Below the pieces are notes generated by a model. It saw only the letters and a list, made by a program, of their open reading frames with translations, had not been told where the DNA came from and searched no databases. From the IMG/VR virus record IMGVR_UViG_3300047159_000049: a stretch of DNA of 25,775 nucleotides. The stretch is one strand, 5' to 3'. This stretch comes from a virus (Duplodnaviria; Heunggongvirae; Uroviricota; Caudoviricetes). Position numbers and translations under genes: made by a program. This document shows positions 24,462-25,775 of the stretch, piece after piece (positions within the stretch are counted from its first letter, which is position 1; the number at the start of each line of letters is the position of its first letter).

Positions 24462-25775
24462 GTGAGGATAACCAGACTTAAGTTAGTCAATTTCATCGGC
24501 ATCAAGCACGGCATGAACCGAGATGAGGTCGAAATCAATTTCCCTACCGACGGCAAGAATAAGATCACGATGCTGTCTGGCCAGAATGGGTCAGGCAAAT
24601 CGACGATCATGTCTCAGCTGCAGCCGTATAAGGATTCTTTCGATGATCGCAAGGATCTCATCGTCGAGCACAAGGAAGGGCGCAAAGAGATCGACATTCT
24701 AGGAGACGATGGCTGCAGATATACGATTCAGCACATCTATCCAGCCGATCTCAAAGCCACCGGAGGAACGGTGTCATGCTTCATCCAGGAAAACGGCATT
24801 GAGCTCAATCCAAGCGGAACGGTCCGCACGTTCGAAGACGTCATCAAAGACAAATTCGGAATCACCAAAGATTATTTTCAGATCGGCAAAGTCGGGACCA
24901 ATACGCAAAGCTTCATCAATCTGACAACTACCGAGCGGAAGGAGTTCTTCTCAAGGCTCATTCCGTCTGTAGGAAAATACCAAGCGGCATACGTCGAAGC
25001 CGCCGCCAAGTTCAAAGTGTCGAAAGACAGAATCGACGACATCGGAGTTTCGCTCAAGAAGTTTCAGGACCGCAAGGTCTTAGAGGCGTCCATAGCGCAA
25101 TTCAAGCTAGGCATCGACAACGCCGACAAGGCGATCTTGAATTACACCGGAAAGAAAGCCGTTCTTGAAAGCAAGAACGCCGAGCTCTCCGAAGCGATGG
25201 CGAAGATCAACTTCGCCGAATCCTCAGAGAAGCTGCAAAGCGATCTGGAGACTCTCAAGGCATACGCCATAGCCCAGCAGAAATTCGAATCGGATTATCA
25301 CGACATGAGCCTTGACGATTGCGCCGTTAAAGCAACCGGGCTCAGAGCCGACATTTCAAAATCGGAAGCCGATATCAAGATTCAGGAAGCCGCAAAGAAA
25401 ATTCCAACAAACTGATCTCGATGTACCAGAACGACGTCGCCAAGGCTAAGCTGAAGCTCGTCGGAATGGAGACAGGAGATCTTACATCGCTTGACGCCAA
25501 AATCAAGGCGGATGAGAAGAACAAAGCCGACGCCGAGAATCGCGTCGCCGTCAATTTCATGATCCCGACGATCAAGGGACGCGAGAAAGACATCCCGGCG
25601 TATCTCGCAAGATTCGAGGAGTTCATCTCATACTCCGTGTCGCATTACAAAGATCTCAATGAGCACGATATCTCTCCGGCTATGGCCAACGTCGAAGAAT
25701 TCTTCGACGCCGGATTCAAAGACACCATCCAGCATCTTACCAAAGATCGGCGCGATGCGATAGACGGGCGGCAGT
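24462..25775 (+). CDS. SbcC/Rad50/SMC-like ATPase (3'-truncated by window; apparent indel ~25400)
   Basis: MRITRLKLVNF start, Walker A GQNGSGKST, Q-loop-like FQIG, coiled-coil. After an A-run at ~25398-25402 the frame continues NKLISMYQNDVAKAKLK to the window end. Confidence 0.88.

Overview
Segment of a large (jumbo) phage genome. The host is probably a Bacillota, inferred from GAAAGGA Shine-Dalgarno sites and sigmaA-type promoters. Every supported gene and RNA lies on the + strand. Left: the two halves of a split phage multisubunit RNA polymerase beta subunit (AR9/phiKZ-type) flank a Cys-rich hypothetical gene and a retron-like reverse transcriptase. The RT has a reconstructed ~190-aa N-terminal extension and no recognisable msr-msd or effector beside it. 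Middle and right: 45 tRNA genes covering all 20 amino acids, all with encoded CCA, in clusters at 9027-12318, 16667-17307 and 22538-23458, plus a tmRNA. Many of the tRNAs deviate systematically at near-invariant positions (C33, C55, non-T54, covarying 19-56 pair, C.A stem mismatches). Several structured RNAs I cannot assign sit among them (~350 nt at 8653-9005, ~335 nt at 22620-22954, a tRNA-like leader at 20686-20828 and smaller ones). The rest is hypothetical genes, a HEXXH peptidase and a truncated SbcC/SMC-like ATPase. Several genes carry apparent single-base indels, probably long-read errors, so gene models were reconstructed by eye across frameshifts. All RNA folds were read by eye, not computed.
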